From Euprymna scolopes (Eukaryota): 64,000 nucleotides of DNA. Where the stretch lies: the NCBI GenBank assembly GCA_053919585.1, contig CM132806.1; one strand, written 5' to 3'. A program made the position numbers and the translations under genes. How positions within the stretch are numbered: the first letter of the stretch is position 1; every line of letters begins with the position of its first letter. The notes beneath the pieces were generated by a model. That model worked only from the letters and a program-made list of their open reading frames with translations, ran no database searches and was not told the origin of the DNA. This document shows, in pieces, positions 14,725-28,420 of the stretch.

Positions 14725-15860
14725 AACGCTCTTGACATGGCTAAAGTATTTGATTAGAGTTTGGTATAAAGATCTACTTCACCAGACTTCCAGCTATGGA
14801 ATAACTGAAAATGTCCTCAACTATCAAATCCTTTCTCTTGGATAGATTTATTAAAGCAGTTGTTGATGTGCAAAAATCCGAAGCTTACAGTATTAATGCT
14901 GGCATACCTCAAGGATCTGTCCTGAGCCCAACTCTTTCCTCATCTTCAATGATATCCCAAATCATATTCTACAATCATTCAACATTTGTACAGACAATAC
15001 TACCATCTATGGCAACACTTTAACAGCTGGTAATGACCAAGATCTTTTTTATTTTAAACATGTGGTACAATAGGGTTGAAAAAAAAATGGTTATCTTGCA
15101 ATGTATCCAAAACCAAACATCTATCCTTTCACTACCAACGCTCAAATCTGTACTTTGCCCCAATTGAAATGAGGAGCTCTTGCTTTGAGGAAATATCTTG
15201 GACTTACCTGAAATAGAAGACCTACATTGGATCCATTTTCAGAATCACTGAAAAAATGGTGAGACTATTCTACCATTCCAGAAAGTATATATCCCTCCTG
15301 ACGCAATCCTCTACCTGTATAAGAGCCAAATACGTCCTTAGAGTACTTTTTCCTGCCTTAACAAAAGTACAAAACCATCTTCGAAATTTAGTGGGAAGGG
15401 ACCTTTTCACCTCTCTACTTCCTCTTTCTCACAGAAGAGACATTGCGAGATCTATCGTTACTTTTAGGATAGATGCTCAACTGAAGGTTCAATCTTTGAC
15501 CCCCCCCCCCCCAAAAAAAAAAGTTTTGTAACAAATATTCATCTAGCTATAACAACTGTCAACAATTTTCCTTACTCTCTGTGTCTGCCTAAAACTAAAC
15601 AAAATTCCATGAGCAGAGTTTTTTGATTTTTTTTTTTTTTCTAGAACTGTGGAACACAATACCATGAGACTGCTTCCAAGCTGACTATAACATGTCTGAT
15701 GTAAATAAGTTCTTGTTGAGTCGTGCTCTTGCATAATTAAACTATACCTATTTCACCCATTAATGATAAATATGGTGTTGTTTCATCATCTACCTCACAT
15801 TAACTTTTATTCTAGAGTGGAATTTGGACCTTTGATAAACCGTAACACCCAAGTAAAAAA
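14725..15860 (+). mobile_element. CR1/L2-type LINE 3' remnant
   Basis: LDMAKVFD, SINAGIPQGSVLSPTL and PLSHRRD motifs with frameshifts. Confidence 0.8.
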
Positions 15861-17869
15861 CTTAAAACGCTGTGCAAGGTTTATAAATCACAAGGAACTA
15901 ATAATCATACAAAAAGAATTCAAAAATCTCAAATAACAATTTTATTTTATTGCTGCATTAATTAAGCAAATCAAAGTTTTTTAGTTTAATTGTAAAAGAA
16001 AAATAATCTCTACTGCCATTAATTTTGTTTATTTTGAATTTTTTAATATTGATAGATTACCTTTCCGCAATTCAATATGTTAGAAAATGCTGACCAAACA
16101 AAATTTATTAAGCAACACTATTTTTCTTTATTCAAAAGTTAAAAATTTTAATGAAATTATTGCTAATAGTTTTCAGGTTAATATTTCTTTTGACATTGGC
16201 TGCATTCTTGTTTCTTTCTAGAATCCTCATCATTGGCATTTTGAGAACCAATATCACAGAAGATCAAATTAGTAGTTTATACTTAAAATTGTAATACTTG
16301 TCTCAAAATCTGCAAGCTTTAAAATGCTGCCGGCAACTATTTACAATTGCAACAGATTACTTATAATCTGGAAAATTTGAAAACAAAGGCATCAACTTGT
16401 TGCAAATAGTTTACATAATGAATTAGATAAATTGCAAAAAATAAAGCATTAGTCTTTTTCATAAATTGCAAATAATGGAGCATTATTCTTCAAGCCCGAT
16501 TCTTACATTTTTTTACTCATTCTAGGAAACATAAATGAATTTAAACGAAATAGTTAAATGAAAATAACATTAAAATCTTGATGAAATATCTATATAAAAG
16601 TAAATAAGTTTGTAAGTGTTTCTGATAAATATGACATTGGTTAGGCTTATGATGTTCGTGATGACCTACATTGGCGGCATCCATCTCTTCAACAGCATTA
16701 CATTGACAAAACAAATGAAAACCACTTTGATTAAAATGGAAATAACAAGACAATGCAATCTATATGTCGGAGACACACATGCAATGAGGATAGAAAACAC
16801 AAGGTAGGCTTAATGGTCATATAATAATTAAAACTGCATTGTGTAGAAAACACAGCTGAATTAGACTACTGAAAATGTAATTGCAATTTTAAATTTTGCA
16901 ACTATCTCATTTTCCATGGTCATTATGATGCATAGTACTAATTGTATGCCCAATGTTGTCCTACGTTCATTACATTCTAATTTGTTTCATAAATATTTCC
17001 CTTCTATAATAGTGCCTTTTTTATTAGGTTTAGTAACCAAGCTATCAAAAAAATCTTTTTTTATTGAAAGGTTATTACTTTTAGCTGATTTGTATTTTGA
17101 GATCTTTAAGAATGTTTTCAGATCAGCAAACTCCCAAACATTTCTTTAATGAAATATGTTTATTGCCAATAACATGATGAAATAATGTAACAAATGAAAA
17201 TAGATTGCAGTTTGATCTGTCAACTTTACAGTAGTAATTTTTTAAATCCATCCAGCATAATATATATGAGAATATACAAGAGATTTATTTGATAGTTATA
17301 TTTTTTGTTGACATTTTTTTTTTAAATAACTAAAATATCATTAAAATCTTTGTATTCTAATGAATAAAAAAAACATGTTTGGAATAATTTATTACATGTA
17401 TTTAACCAATTGATGTAATTGTAGTCTGTAGGATAAAGAAAATCTTTAGGATTATATATGGAAATTTAATTAGTTTTGTTGTATAATTCTGGACTGATAA
17501 AGGATCTAAATTATAAATAATTTAGCTTAGAATATTTAGGTTAAACTACATTGCCACCTCTTAGTCAAAATATCAAACATTAATCTCTCCTCACACGGGA
17601 AACATATTTCTGAAGAGGATTAAGAAAAAAAAAAAAATAACACATTAAATCTTTTTATAAAATATTTTTGAAGTTATAAACAAAGCAACAAAAAAAAACG
17701 TTGGATGGATTTAGAAATAAAGGTAAAATGAAATATTTGGCAGGATTGTGGGTGTATGTATATACGTACAAACATAAGTGCTAAAGTCTGACACTAGACA
17801 AGAAAAACTATTTTGGTAATAAAACAAAAGTTGTATATGCAGAGGCCCGACAGTGTATTTAGCATCAGT

Positions 17870-18430
17870 TAGTTACATATATTATTTTTCAATTTAACCG
17901 CTAATGGTTGATACTACTATTACAAAGAGGACGTGAAATGAGTCTCACGCTTTGGTGAAATGAGTCTCACGCTTTTGCTAATAACGGCGTATGCTTCCAC
18001 AATAGCAACCTTCAGAGAGTTAACTGTATTGTGGGTGTGCTTTTTGGTCTTGGCCTCGATTATGCCTCAAAAATAGTAAAGTGAGGAAAGTGCCCACACG
18101 TTCAGCAACAGTGGTGAGAGGAGCATTGTTGAGCAGCCATGCCTGGATCATCTTGGCCTTGTATGTTGGAACAAAGTTCTATTAAAACTCTGTAGATCCA
18201 CCTGTCGTTCTGCTTGTTCAAAATTCTTTTCATCAGAGAAGAACCTAAGCAGACTTGTGCTTGTGCTCATTTTGCAGATCCCTTGTCTTGATCTTCCTGA
18301 ATTCTTTTGAGGCATTCATAATGAACATGTGGTAGGAGGAGTAACTAATGTCTTTGATTGTTTGGTAAAACATTGACTTGTGACAGGTCGTGCCAGCCGA
18401 AATCTTGGCATAGTGGTGGCTTTTGCTGCA
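17870..18430 (-). mobile_element. Tc1/mariner transposase remnant with a 22 bp tandem duplication (17933-17975)
   Basis: Minus strand gives PTYKAKMIQAWL and IIEAKTKKHTHNTVNSLKVAIVEAY, typical of a Tc1/mariner C-terminus. Confidence 0.55.
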
Positions 18431-19052
18431 ACACCTTGTACCTAAAAATATTCAGCAGTTTTAAATGGTATGAAGCGATCTATAAAGAAACCTAATAAAT
18501 AGTAATTTAGATTTGTCAACTTGCAGAACATATTTTATTTTTCTTAAAATTCTCATGAGAATTTGTTATGCTGTTGTTTCTTTTTTGTTTACGCATCCAA
18601 AGCAACCAGTTTGAAGAAGGCAACACACCACGTTTCAACTTTCAGAACATCAGATTTTCTAAAACTTGTTAATATGGCTTAAATCAGATTTGTTTTTATA
18701 GATGATCATATTGGCAACACATCAACATGAAATGACATTCCTGCTCTTTCTCAACCTCTTATTTCTATCATTAGTCTGTTGCATTGAACATAGAAACTAT
18801 TGTGTCAATTGGTAGCATAATGTTTACTTATTCAGACTCTAGGATTGGCAACCACATTGAAATACCATTGGATCAATTATGCTCACTTCTGATATTGAGA
18901 AAGGACTTTTAACTCTCAGTGCAAAGTAGCTTCTATTTAATGAACCATTTTTATTAGGTATTATTTTTCAGCATTTACAAAAGCTTTGATGGGCCATCAC
19001 GTATCAAACCCAGTATCACTATATCACTCACAATAAAAAAAAAAAAAAAAAA

Positions 19053-20726
19053 ATGCTGTCCTCTACTACCAGTCGTTTTTGTGATTAAAGGGCAATCAGT
19101 AATTTCTTCACTATCCAACAACCAGAAGGTCGCATGCACGGCAATCGAGAAGGTGGAACTGCTTGCCCGGCGATTCCAATCCAACTCCATGTAAGCCAAC
19201 AAACAATTCCCTCACAAATTTCCCTATACGGATTGAAGCCACACTTGATGATCTGTAAACTCAACCCTTTTGTCCGTGATATAAAAAACTTAGACATCTC
19301 CAAGGCGTGTGGGTCTGTTCTGCTTACTAATTAAGAAATGCCCAGTTGAGCTAGCCTTGACACTTTCCAAACTCTACCACAAATGCCTTGCTGAATCTTG
19401 CTTGGCCTCTGTGATACCAGTATACAAAAATTCTGATAAAAGAACCCTCTCAATTATCTCCCTATCAGTCCTCCCACTCTTTGCTAAAATCTTTGAGACC
19501 TTAATCAGTCAAGCACTAGTTCACGACCTTGCAAAAGCTAACCTTCTCTTTGACAAACAGTATGGCTTTAGGCAATGTCGTTCTACTGTAAATATTTTAA
19601 ATCATCCTTGAACGCATATACCATGCACTGGATAAGGCGAGCAAAACTAGGACTGTAACCCTTGATATAAGCCAAGGCCTTTGACAAAGTCTGGCACGAA
19701 GAGTTGCTAATGAAAATTAAATCTTAATGTATATCTGGACATATACTAAATATTAGATCCTTCTTGAGACAATACGATCATCCAGGTTGTCATTGAGGGA
19801 TGTACATCCAAACAGCATAACATTAATGTGGGAGTGCCTCGGGGTTGATCCTTGGACCACTATAATTCCTGATATTCATTAACAACCTCCCTGATAATAC
19901 TGTGTCAGAGATGAATATATTTGCTGATGATACAATGCTCTATAACATGCATGAGGGAAAAGCAGATGTACACAAATCTAAGTCAATCATTAAAAAAATG
20001 ACCTCCAGAACAAATTGGAATGGGGTCGTAAATGGATGGTAACATTTAATGCTAGTAAGACTAACCTACTCTCCTTTAACAATTGCAGGATGCCTCTCCA
20101 ACCACAAATATCTAACACATACCACTCTAGCTGAAAATTCTTCCTTCAAACTCCTCGGCTTAACATTCACAGGAAATATGAACTGGAACAAATACATTGA
20201 GGACATCACAAAAGCTGTTGCAAATAAGGTGGGTTCCCTCGATCGTGCTAAAAAACTACTCACGTGAGAGTATCCTGTATCTCTACAAAGCCACCATTCC
20301 CCCATGCATGGAGTATTGTTGCTATATCTGGGCCGGTGCATTAGTCTCCCTCTTGGATAGGTTAAAAAAAAAATTCTTCAATCTAATAGATCCCATTTTG
20401 TCAATTGCCACAATTTTACATCCCTGTGCCTGTTTTACAAATATTTAAATGGAATGTGCTCTGATAAACTCTTTGCATTTGTGCCCCCTTGACGTACATA
20501 TCCCTGACAAATCCGCTTAGCAATAAAATCACACCCCTTCACTGTTGAGGTCTCTAAATGGCAGAAAGCTTTCTATTCTAATAGTTTCTTTTCTTAAACG
20601 GCTAGACTTTGGAATTCTCTTACTGTACTGATATGAAGAAGCTTAAATGTAACGTTAACCAACATCTTGTTAATCTTATTTCCTAGGCAATATGCCTTGT
20701 TAGGGTTGAACGTGAATTTTAAAAAA
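19053..20726 (+). mobile_element. 5'-truncated CR1/L2-type LINE (RT domain to 3' end), decayed
   Basis: QYGFRQCRST, KAFDKVWH, FLIFINNLP, FADDT and MEYCCYIWAGA in broken frames; A-rich end. Confidence 0.88.
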
Positions 20727-20809
20727 TCTAACATCGGAAACAAGAACATTAAACGCCACAACTCTGCTTGACGTTTTTTTTTGTTTTGTTTTTTTTTAGA
20801 CCTTCCTTC

Positions 20810-21190
20810 ATATAGGAAGTATTCTTTAAGTTATGCTATAAAAAAGTTGATAACTCAAAAACTATCTGATCAAACTGAAATTTTGCACAGTGGTTGCGGT
20901 TATCAAAAAATATGAGAGCCACATAAAATTTGAAAAAATCCAAAGTTGAAATTCTGTCAATTTAAACCAAGACCAAACTTTTCATGATCATATGAGGTTA
21001 ACTACAATACAGACCAAATAATGATGAACAGAACCAAAGTTATTGCCAAAGTTTTACTTTGGTCTTAGAACCGAGTTATGGTAGACGATGACTAATATCT
21101 TTTGATCAAGTTTAGTGACGATTGTACACTAGGCTGTATACAAATCAGCATAATGACAAATTACCCAAAATATGACCTCCTTAGTGAAAA
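20810..21190 (+). repeat. Unclassified dispersed repeat, second copy at ~29275-29690
   Basis: Shared TGAT(A/G)ACTCAAAAACTAT..CTGATCAA(A/G)CTGAAA...GTGGTT..GTTATCAAA...GTTGAAATT...ACTACAATA..GACCAA blocks. Confidence 0.6.
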
Positions 21191-21649
21191 TAAGTATAAG
21201 TTGGTCATTAATTCAAATGCTGGTCTTTCTTAGTATGAACTTTTCCGGCCTACCCACTTGGAAAATTGCCCAATTTAATTTATGGCAAGGTTTTCTAATA
21301 GTTTGAACTATAAAAATTGTGTACCCAACACCTCAGTTTGAGTGTTTATCAGAAAGGTGTTTTTTTGTTATGTTTGACAAAATTTAATATGACATAAATA
21401 ATTTCATGTTTTACTGTATCAATGGTCTTAATTGTATTTAAAAAAAAACATTTAAAACTTCTATTAGATCATTTCCAAACTCTTGAGTCAATCCAACACA
21501 AATCATAGCACGTCATGATTAAGACTATTGTCAGAATCTATACACAAATTTTTGTAAAGGTAAATTAGTTTTTAAATATTGAATCATGTTGGGCTGGTGC
21601 ATTTATTAATCTCTTACACGAAAAAAATTTAAAATGAGTCTACAACCTA

Positions 21650-21990
21650 GTAGGTCTTGCATTATCAAACCAGCTCCAACTCCTATCCCATTGCCAAAAT
21701 GTTCCATCCATGTGCCCGTTTCACAAGTACTACAATGGTTTGTGATTTGACAAACTCATTGCACTTGTGCCTCTTCAACATGCATACACCCAATAAACCT
21801 GTGTAGCAGCAAAATCCCACCTTTTCAGTAGAAAGGTTTCTAGATACAAAAAAGTCTTCTACTCTTAGTTTCTTCCCTCCAGCTGATAGACTTTTGAATT
21901 CTCTTCCTGCATCCCTGACTGCTAGCATGCAGAAGTTTAAATGTCATGTGAACAAACATCTCGTTTATCTCCTCACATAGTCCCAAATGC
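21650..21990 (+). mobile_element. CR1/L2-type LINE 3' fragment
   Basis: Similar to 20380-20690 (CTCCAACTCCTATCCCAT...AGACTTTTGAATTCTCTTCCTG...AAATGTCATGTGAACAAACATCT). Confidence 0.6.
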
Positions 21991-22243
21991 TAGTCCCTTA
22001 CGTTTCAAATGTCTTTGGGATGAACAAGAGTTTAAAAACAGTAAAGAAAAAAAAAATAAAACAGAAAAATAGTTTCATATAAATGTGAGAATTCATACAT
22101 AGTAAAATTAATTGGATTACGTTTATTCTTGTCTCAATGTTTGATGCATTTTTGGTAGTGTAGTAACAATGAGCTAATATATTTTTCACTATTAATTGGA
22201 AAATGAGTTATTTTCCGAGCCAATCACTTGTGAATTATATATA

Positions 22244-25200
22244 CTAGCAGGGAAATCCAATGTTGCCCAGGATTGAATGAGGATCAACAAATTTTCCACG
22301 CCATACTTTTGTCATCAAAATTGGTGAAATTGTCCATTTTTCAATTACATTTGCCTGTTCTGATTAGGGACGTGCTGTGCTGTGCTGCACCAGACAAAAA
22401 ACTTCACATGCCCTCCCGCAATTACTTAGTCCATAATACATTGTATTCTATATTGTTGTTCCAATCTTATCAAAGAACTTACTGTTTTTATACACTGGTG
22501 ATAAAACATTTCAAATGCATATGTGATGTTAGGTTTTATAAGTTGTTAATTTTGTTCAAAATCTGACTGTTTTTTCTTTAATCGGATTTTTCAATTAACG
22601 ATTTTCATCAGAGACATTCTGATACAAAACCTAAGAACAGTCCCTGGCACATAAAGTATATCTGTGTTAAATTTCATAAAGATTGGCCCAGCTGTTTTGA
22701 AGTCCATAGGGAACGAACTCATGCATGGATGCACACACACAAAGTGCCTTCTATATATATATATATATATATATATGTATACTAGCGGGGGTACCCGGCG
22801 TTGCCCAGGTGTGAAGATGTGGTGTAGTTAAGAACCTAGGGGGAGGGGAACAAAGCAACAGTAGGCAGCCCAGGTGGAGAGAGGTGTTAAAAAAAAATGT
22901 GGTAGCAGGCAGGCTTGAACCCGTAACGCAGAGGAGGAAAAGAAGGTGAAAAAAACCTAAGGAAGTTGCAAGCATTGGAATTAAGGGTAGTCAATCCAAT
23001 GAAGACAACTTGCGCAAATGTTGGCGCAAAACCGACCCCTTCTTGTAAAAACGGTTCAGGTGAAGGAATTAATGTTTTCGGCCAATTTTTTTTATATTTG
23101 TCGTCCTAGAGACAACTTTAAAACGATACCGATTTTGTCACGTCCTGACATGTCTGTCGGAAGATTTTGCAAGACAGAAACACACACACATTTTGCCTTT
23201 TATATATTAGACTAGCAGGGGTACCCGGCATTGCATTGGTGTAGTAAGGGTAGGAATAAAAAGAAGCCCAGTGGAGGGGGAGGAGGCAGGGTTGAAAGGT
23301 GTTCAAAAAAAGTGGTAGTCAGCTGGAACCCATAACGCAGAGGAGGAAAAGGTGAGGTTTAAAAAAAAAAAAGGTTGAAGCAGGCAGGCTTGATACTGCT
23401 TTATCGTTTTTTCAAACAGTTTCATTTTATACAAAAAAGCCAAACAAACTCCCAGGATGACACTAAAGTGGAAATCAAAAAAAGAAAGACAATTTCCATT
23501 TGCGAATCTGAGATATTACGATCTGGGAAGTCTGCAAAAACTTCTTGTGGAATCTAACCGATGCGAGAACCCTGATGCAAAAGGCATTTCACGGACATAC
23601 ACAAATGCTTGTGACCATTTTGCCTTTTATGTATATACTAACGGGGATGTTTGGAGGTGTAAAAGAAAAAAAAGCCTGATCCTTAAACCTTGAGGTGAAT
23701 AGCCTGATAACTTACCTCGATACTACGAGGGCAGAGAAGTAATAAAGGTTGAAATTAAGTGATTAAAAAGTTAAAGGGCATCAAATTTAATGAGATCAAA
23801 CATCATGCCATAGGGTAATGAAATTACTTACTTAACTTTGGCTGCAAGCTAGTTTCTGCATATTTGTTTTTTTTTTCCATAAAAAGGAGAGTGTCCGTGT
23901 CCAAATGAATAGCAATTGTCTGATATGATAGGTTTTCCTGACATTGATAAAACCTCATTGTTTCCTGGACATCCTCAGCATGAGTGCCAAGGGGCTTCTT
24001 TTTTCTACGGGTTCGGTTTCCGTTTTATAATGAAAAGCCAAACAAACACGCGAAGAATAAAAAATAGTGTGTAAAAGTCGTTCAAAAGATACATACGACC
24101 CCCTTTCGTAAATCTGAGATATTATAATCTAGGTAGCATGTAAAAGGTTCTACGAAACAGTGAAAAAAAAAAAAAAAAAAAAAAAAGCCTTTGCCGGACA
24201 TACAAAATGTGCACACACCTCCACACATTTTGCCTTTTATATATAGATAAACCAGCGGGGGTACTTGGCGTTCCCCGGGTGTTTGTAGGTGTAAAAGAAA
24301 AAAGTTTTGAACTCGAAGGCGGAAAAGAAAGTGAAAGAAAACGTGAGATCTTACCATGATGCTACGAGGCCATGGAAAGTGAAAAGCGTTGAAATTTAGC
24401 GATGTCAATGAAAAAGTACTCTTGCAGAAACATTGGCTGGAGGCTAGTTCAGCTTTTTGTTTCCCCCATGATGTCGGAGAAAACCAACTCCCCACAAAAA
24501 GGGAGTGTCCAAATGAATAGCAATTGTCTGATATGAGGGGTTTTCCCCCCACATTGATCAAAGCTAATTGCTTTCTGGATGTCCTGGCATGAAAGGCCGA
24601 GTAGCTGCCTTTGCTTTCAATTCAGTTTCCCTTTTATACGAAAAACCCAAACAAATATGCAAGAGGAAGGAATAGCGTGGATTTAATGAAAGTTGATATA
24701 AATAAATGTAAATACGTGCGTTCACAAATCATAGATATTATAATCTAGGGAGTATATAGAAAGTTATAAAGAATAGTAAATCTCCCCTGAGCACCCCGGC
24801 GAAAAAAAAGCCTTTGTTGGACATATAAAAACATGCATGGCCATTTTGCCTTTTATATGTATATAGACTAGTAGGGGTGCCCGGTTGTTTGGAGGTTTGT
24901 GTTGAGCAAAAAAAAAAAAAATGTGGCAGGCAGGCTTGAACCTGTACTGCAAAGGAAGAAAAGAATGTGAAAAAAAGTTGCTTTTAAACCTGACCGAGGG
25001 CTAGTTAAACTTTATGCTTTCTGTCATGGTATTTATTTGCTTCCCCATGAAAGCAAATTAGACACAAGGTCGTTTTTAATGTTGGGGAAAACCAGCTCCC
25101 CCAAAAAAGGGAGCACTGGCAGAATCAAAATAAATAGTAATTGTTTCAGTATGAAGGGTTTCTCCTATATTGACGAAGGACCAATTACAGAACAGACACT

Positions 25201-25453
25201 ACCTCGCCCAAAGACCAGGCAGTTGTGTTTGCTTTGATTGGTTTTGCTTTATTTACATGAAAAAGACAAACAAACACTCGAAACAAGGGAATTTTTTAAA
25301 ACTCTATCCAAAAAAAGGGACGATGTCTGTTTGCAAATCTGAGATATTATGATCTAGGAAGTATACGAAAACTTCTCCCGGAATCTAACCGACTTAAGAA
25401 CTGCAATGCAAAAAGCCTTTCGTGGACATACATAAACGCGCGCTTCCATTTTG

Positions 25454-25499
<46 letters not shown>
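22244..25499 (-). mobile_element. Head-to-tail array of six non-autonomous Helitrons
   Basis: Minus-strand 3' ends (GC-rich hairpin of CCCGGGCAACGCCGGG type plus CTAG) at 22244, 22782, 23212, 23638, 24252 and 24868. 5' ends TCTATATATAAAAGGC-like at ~22781, 23211, 23637, 24247, 24867 and 25499. Confidence 0.8.
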
Positions 25500-25829
25500 T
25501 GGCGGTGTAATTAGTTCAACGACAGATTTGTTTTGCTTACATTAATGCTTTGTGATCTCAATCCTGAAATTTACATGTTTGTTTACTTCTGAAACTGTAA
25601 CGGTTCGTCTTAATTTATGTAATCCTTCTCTTGAAGTAACTTGATCAAAAGGCCCAAATTTCAAATAAGAAACCGAAATTTTTGTGTTCAATTTGCATAA
25701 AGGTTACAGAAGAAATCCAGAAACCTTTCCCTTTTTCGCAAACCTTATTAGTTGTTTGCTTTAAAATTTAAAAGATAATTTAAGAAATAACTGAACGCCC
25801 TTAAAACCTCAACATAGTATTCCTTGTTG

Positions 25830-26666
25830 GCTGTTTATCTAGTTGGAATTTTGTCCATGTAGATCATGCCCATGCTGTCAAAAAAAGGGATCATCATAAG
25901 TGGATTTGTTCTGTCTGGTCTTCTTGAGTCTGGGTGAGCCAGCATGCTTCCAATTGGAACCCTTGTCTCTGGGTCATAGCAGAAGATCCAGCTTTCATCA
26001 CAAGTCACCAGAGCATCAAGAATTGCGGTTGATCAGCTCGACCATGTCCCTGCTGTTATAACAACGTCTTTCTAATCTTCTCTAAGCCTCTTTGGGACAA
26101 ACTTTGTGCAAATCTGTTGCATCTTCAGTTCTTTGTGAATAATTGTGTGTACAGTTCCCACACTGACGTCAAACTGCACTTATTGTCTCTATAGACACAC
26201 AACGGTCCTTATCCATCAAATTCTTTATTTGGTCTATTAACTCTGGTGTTCTGACTTCCTTACTCCTCTCACAGACTTCCTGTCTTCCTTGAATCTCTTA
26301 TGCCACCCAAAAACTGATGCTCAATTCATGCAAGATGGTCCAAAAGCAGTCTGAAGCATTCCATACGTTTCTGTGGCATTTTTTCCAAGTTTAAAACAGA
26401 ATTTTATATTGCATATTTATAGTGCATATTGTTCTTCTAAAGTGTCCTCACGTCCAGATTGCATTTTTGAAATTCACCAGCTGTGACAATCAGGCTTTAG
26501 TAAGGTGTATTCCAATTCCTGCTGTAGCTGTTTATTTGAACCTGAAATCCTAAAAATTGGTCAGTCATAACATGTATAAACAATAACATAGTGAATTTTC
26601 AAGAGTCTGCAACAATTTTAAATAACTGTTCAAAAAAGTTTGGAAACTTGCTGAAGGCACCTCGTC
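25830..26666 (-). mobile_element. Mariner element, 5' two-thirds
   Basis: Minus strand DALVTCDESWIFCYDPET..WKHAGSPR.KK (first catalytic D region); TIR-like end GGAAACTTGCTGAAGGCACCTCGT. Confidence 0.8.
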
Positions 26667-27089
26667 ATTTGTTTGAGCGTTCATTACTATCAAGATTTAA
26701 TGAAACAAAGTCGATCGTTTAAAATCAATTTTGCGAGCAAATTCTAAATATCTCCAATATCTTGTAAAGATTTTTTTAATTTAATGAATATAAAATTACA
26801 CGACTTTTTTGCAAAAGTTAAAAACAGTCAAAAGTTATAGCTCATTGACTTAGAGTGCTTCATGCCAAATTGATGGTTTATTATGGTTAAATTTGTGTTT
26901 ACTTTTACATTAAACACTAATCCCCATTAATCCCTAACTGTGCATCAAACGGATACCATAATACTTAGTTTGTTGCACTTTATCATAACAAAGTTCCAGG
27001 GAAAATTTCAGTCAAATCAAACCAGTAGTTCCTGAGAAAAAGTGGAACGAACAGACAGCCACAAAGAAATATTAACTATTACAGACAGT

Positions 27090-27377
27090 ATAATTTTTTT
27101 TTTTTTTTTTTTTAATTGGACCATTATCATCTTGTTGTCATGACGTTTCGGTCAATTATTCCTCTGGCTTTCGTCAGGTTAACCGCAACGGAATAGGAAT
27201 GTTGAATCCTCCAACTGCATCCACAGCAATTGCTGTTAACCTGACGAAGGCCACAGGAATAATTGACCAAAATGTCGTGAAAACAACTAGAAGATGAGGA
27301 TAATAGTCCACAAATAATTAAATAAAAAAATAATAAATTTTACAAATTTACTCCTCAAAAATATTTCTAAATTCAAT
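27090..27377. mobile_element. Headless mini fold-back with two inverted hammerhead motifs (copy C)
   Basis: ~75 bp inverted arms. Minus strand 27139-27180 reads AAC-CTGACGA-A-AGCCA-GAGGAATAAT-TGACC-GAAA-CGTC-ATG; plus-strand partner starts at 27241. Perfect 15 bp TSD ACTATTACAGACAGT (27075-27089, 27378-27392). Confidence 0.8.
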
Positions 27378-27428
27378 ACTATTACAGACAGTTTGAAATA
27401 TATTAACATTAAACCATTTTTTTTTTTT

Positions 27429-27935
27429 TGTTTCTGAATTTTTAAGTGAGAAATGATAATTTAGATTATTCACACTTACTGTTCATATTTCGAGTGTTAT
27501 TGTCACGTTTCAGCTGATGTAACCTCCGACTTTCTTCAGGTCTCTCTAATTGGACCCTGAAATCTGCACAGAATTTTGAATGGAACACTTTATTTAATCC
27601 ATAAAGATAGCATGTGCTTGTTCTGGCAGCCATTATGAATTTGCAATTGTATTCTTTGTATCGTCCATACTGAGAATTGAACCTTCAACCTCCAGAAAAG
27701 TGTCACTTCAAAATTCAGTTGTGATACTCTTCTGGAGATTGAAGATTCAATGTTCAGTCCAAGCGATACAATTGCAAATTACTGAAAAGTTTTCACTGGG
27801 TTGTTGATAGAATGAGAGCATGTCACCCATATGGATTCAATAAAGCGTCCTGTTTAACAGGAGACACCTGTTAAAAGTCGCATCGTCAAAAACATGAAAA
27901 TAGATGAGAACAGTAATCTTAATAATTCAAATAAT
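27429..27935. mobile_element. Fold-back SINE/hammerhead family copy D
   Basis: Left arm CACGTTTCAGCTGATGTAACCTCCGACTTTCTTCAGG...GAGAATTGAACCTTCAACCTCCAG; the right arm is its decayed reverse complement; tail on the left side. Confidence 0.75.
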
Positions 27936-27989
27936 ACATATTATTTATTTCTACTTAACTATTAAGATGAGACCTTGAACAACTTCACC

Positions 27990-28420
27990 GTTGTTTTAGT
28001 ATTTAAACTTTTGCGAAATTTCTTTGGACCTTCATCAGATCACCTAATAATCAAGAAAACCCAAAACGGACTGCTTCCACTTTATTGCTGATGAACCAAT
28101 CCTGTCTCAGCTGCTGCTCTTTACCAACACCTCAACCTGAAGTCTGTCATATTGCTGCAACGTCTTCAATGGTTCAGGTATACAGTTCCTCAACCAATCA
28201 GGGAATTTGTAACATGTTCCTTTCTACCTGGATGGTTCAAGCATATCCATGACCGCAACCATCAAGAGGCAATTAGCTGAGCTCTCAAGCCCACAAGTGG
28301 TCAGCCTTCAACTATAGGGATTAAGAATAGTCAACCATCTTATGCAACCTTGTTCTGGACTCATATTGTTCAGGGTGTGTTGCCAGGCAAGAAGAATCTG
28401 GTTCAACCCAATTAGAGTGA
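27990..28420 (+). mobile_element. RTE-like LINE 3' fragment
   Basis: ACCATCAAGAGGCAATTAGCTGAGCTCTCAAGCCCACAAGTGGTCAGCCTTCAAC shared with 34340-34400. Confidence 0.5.
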
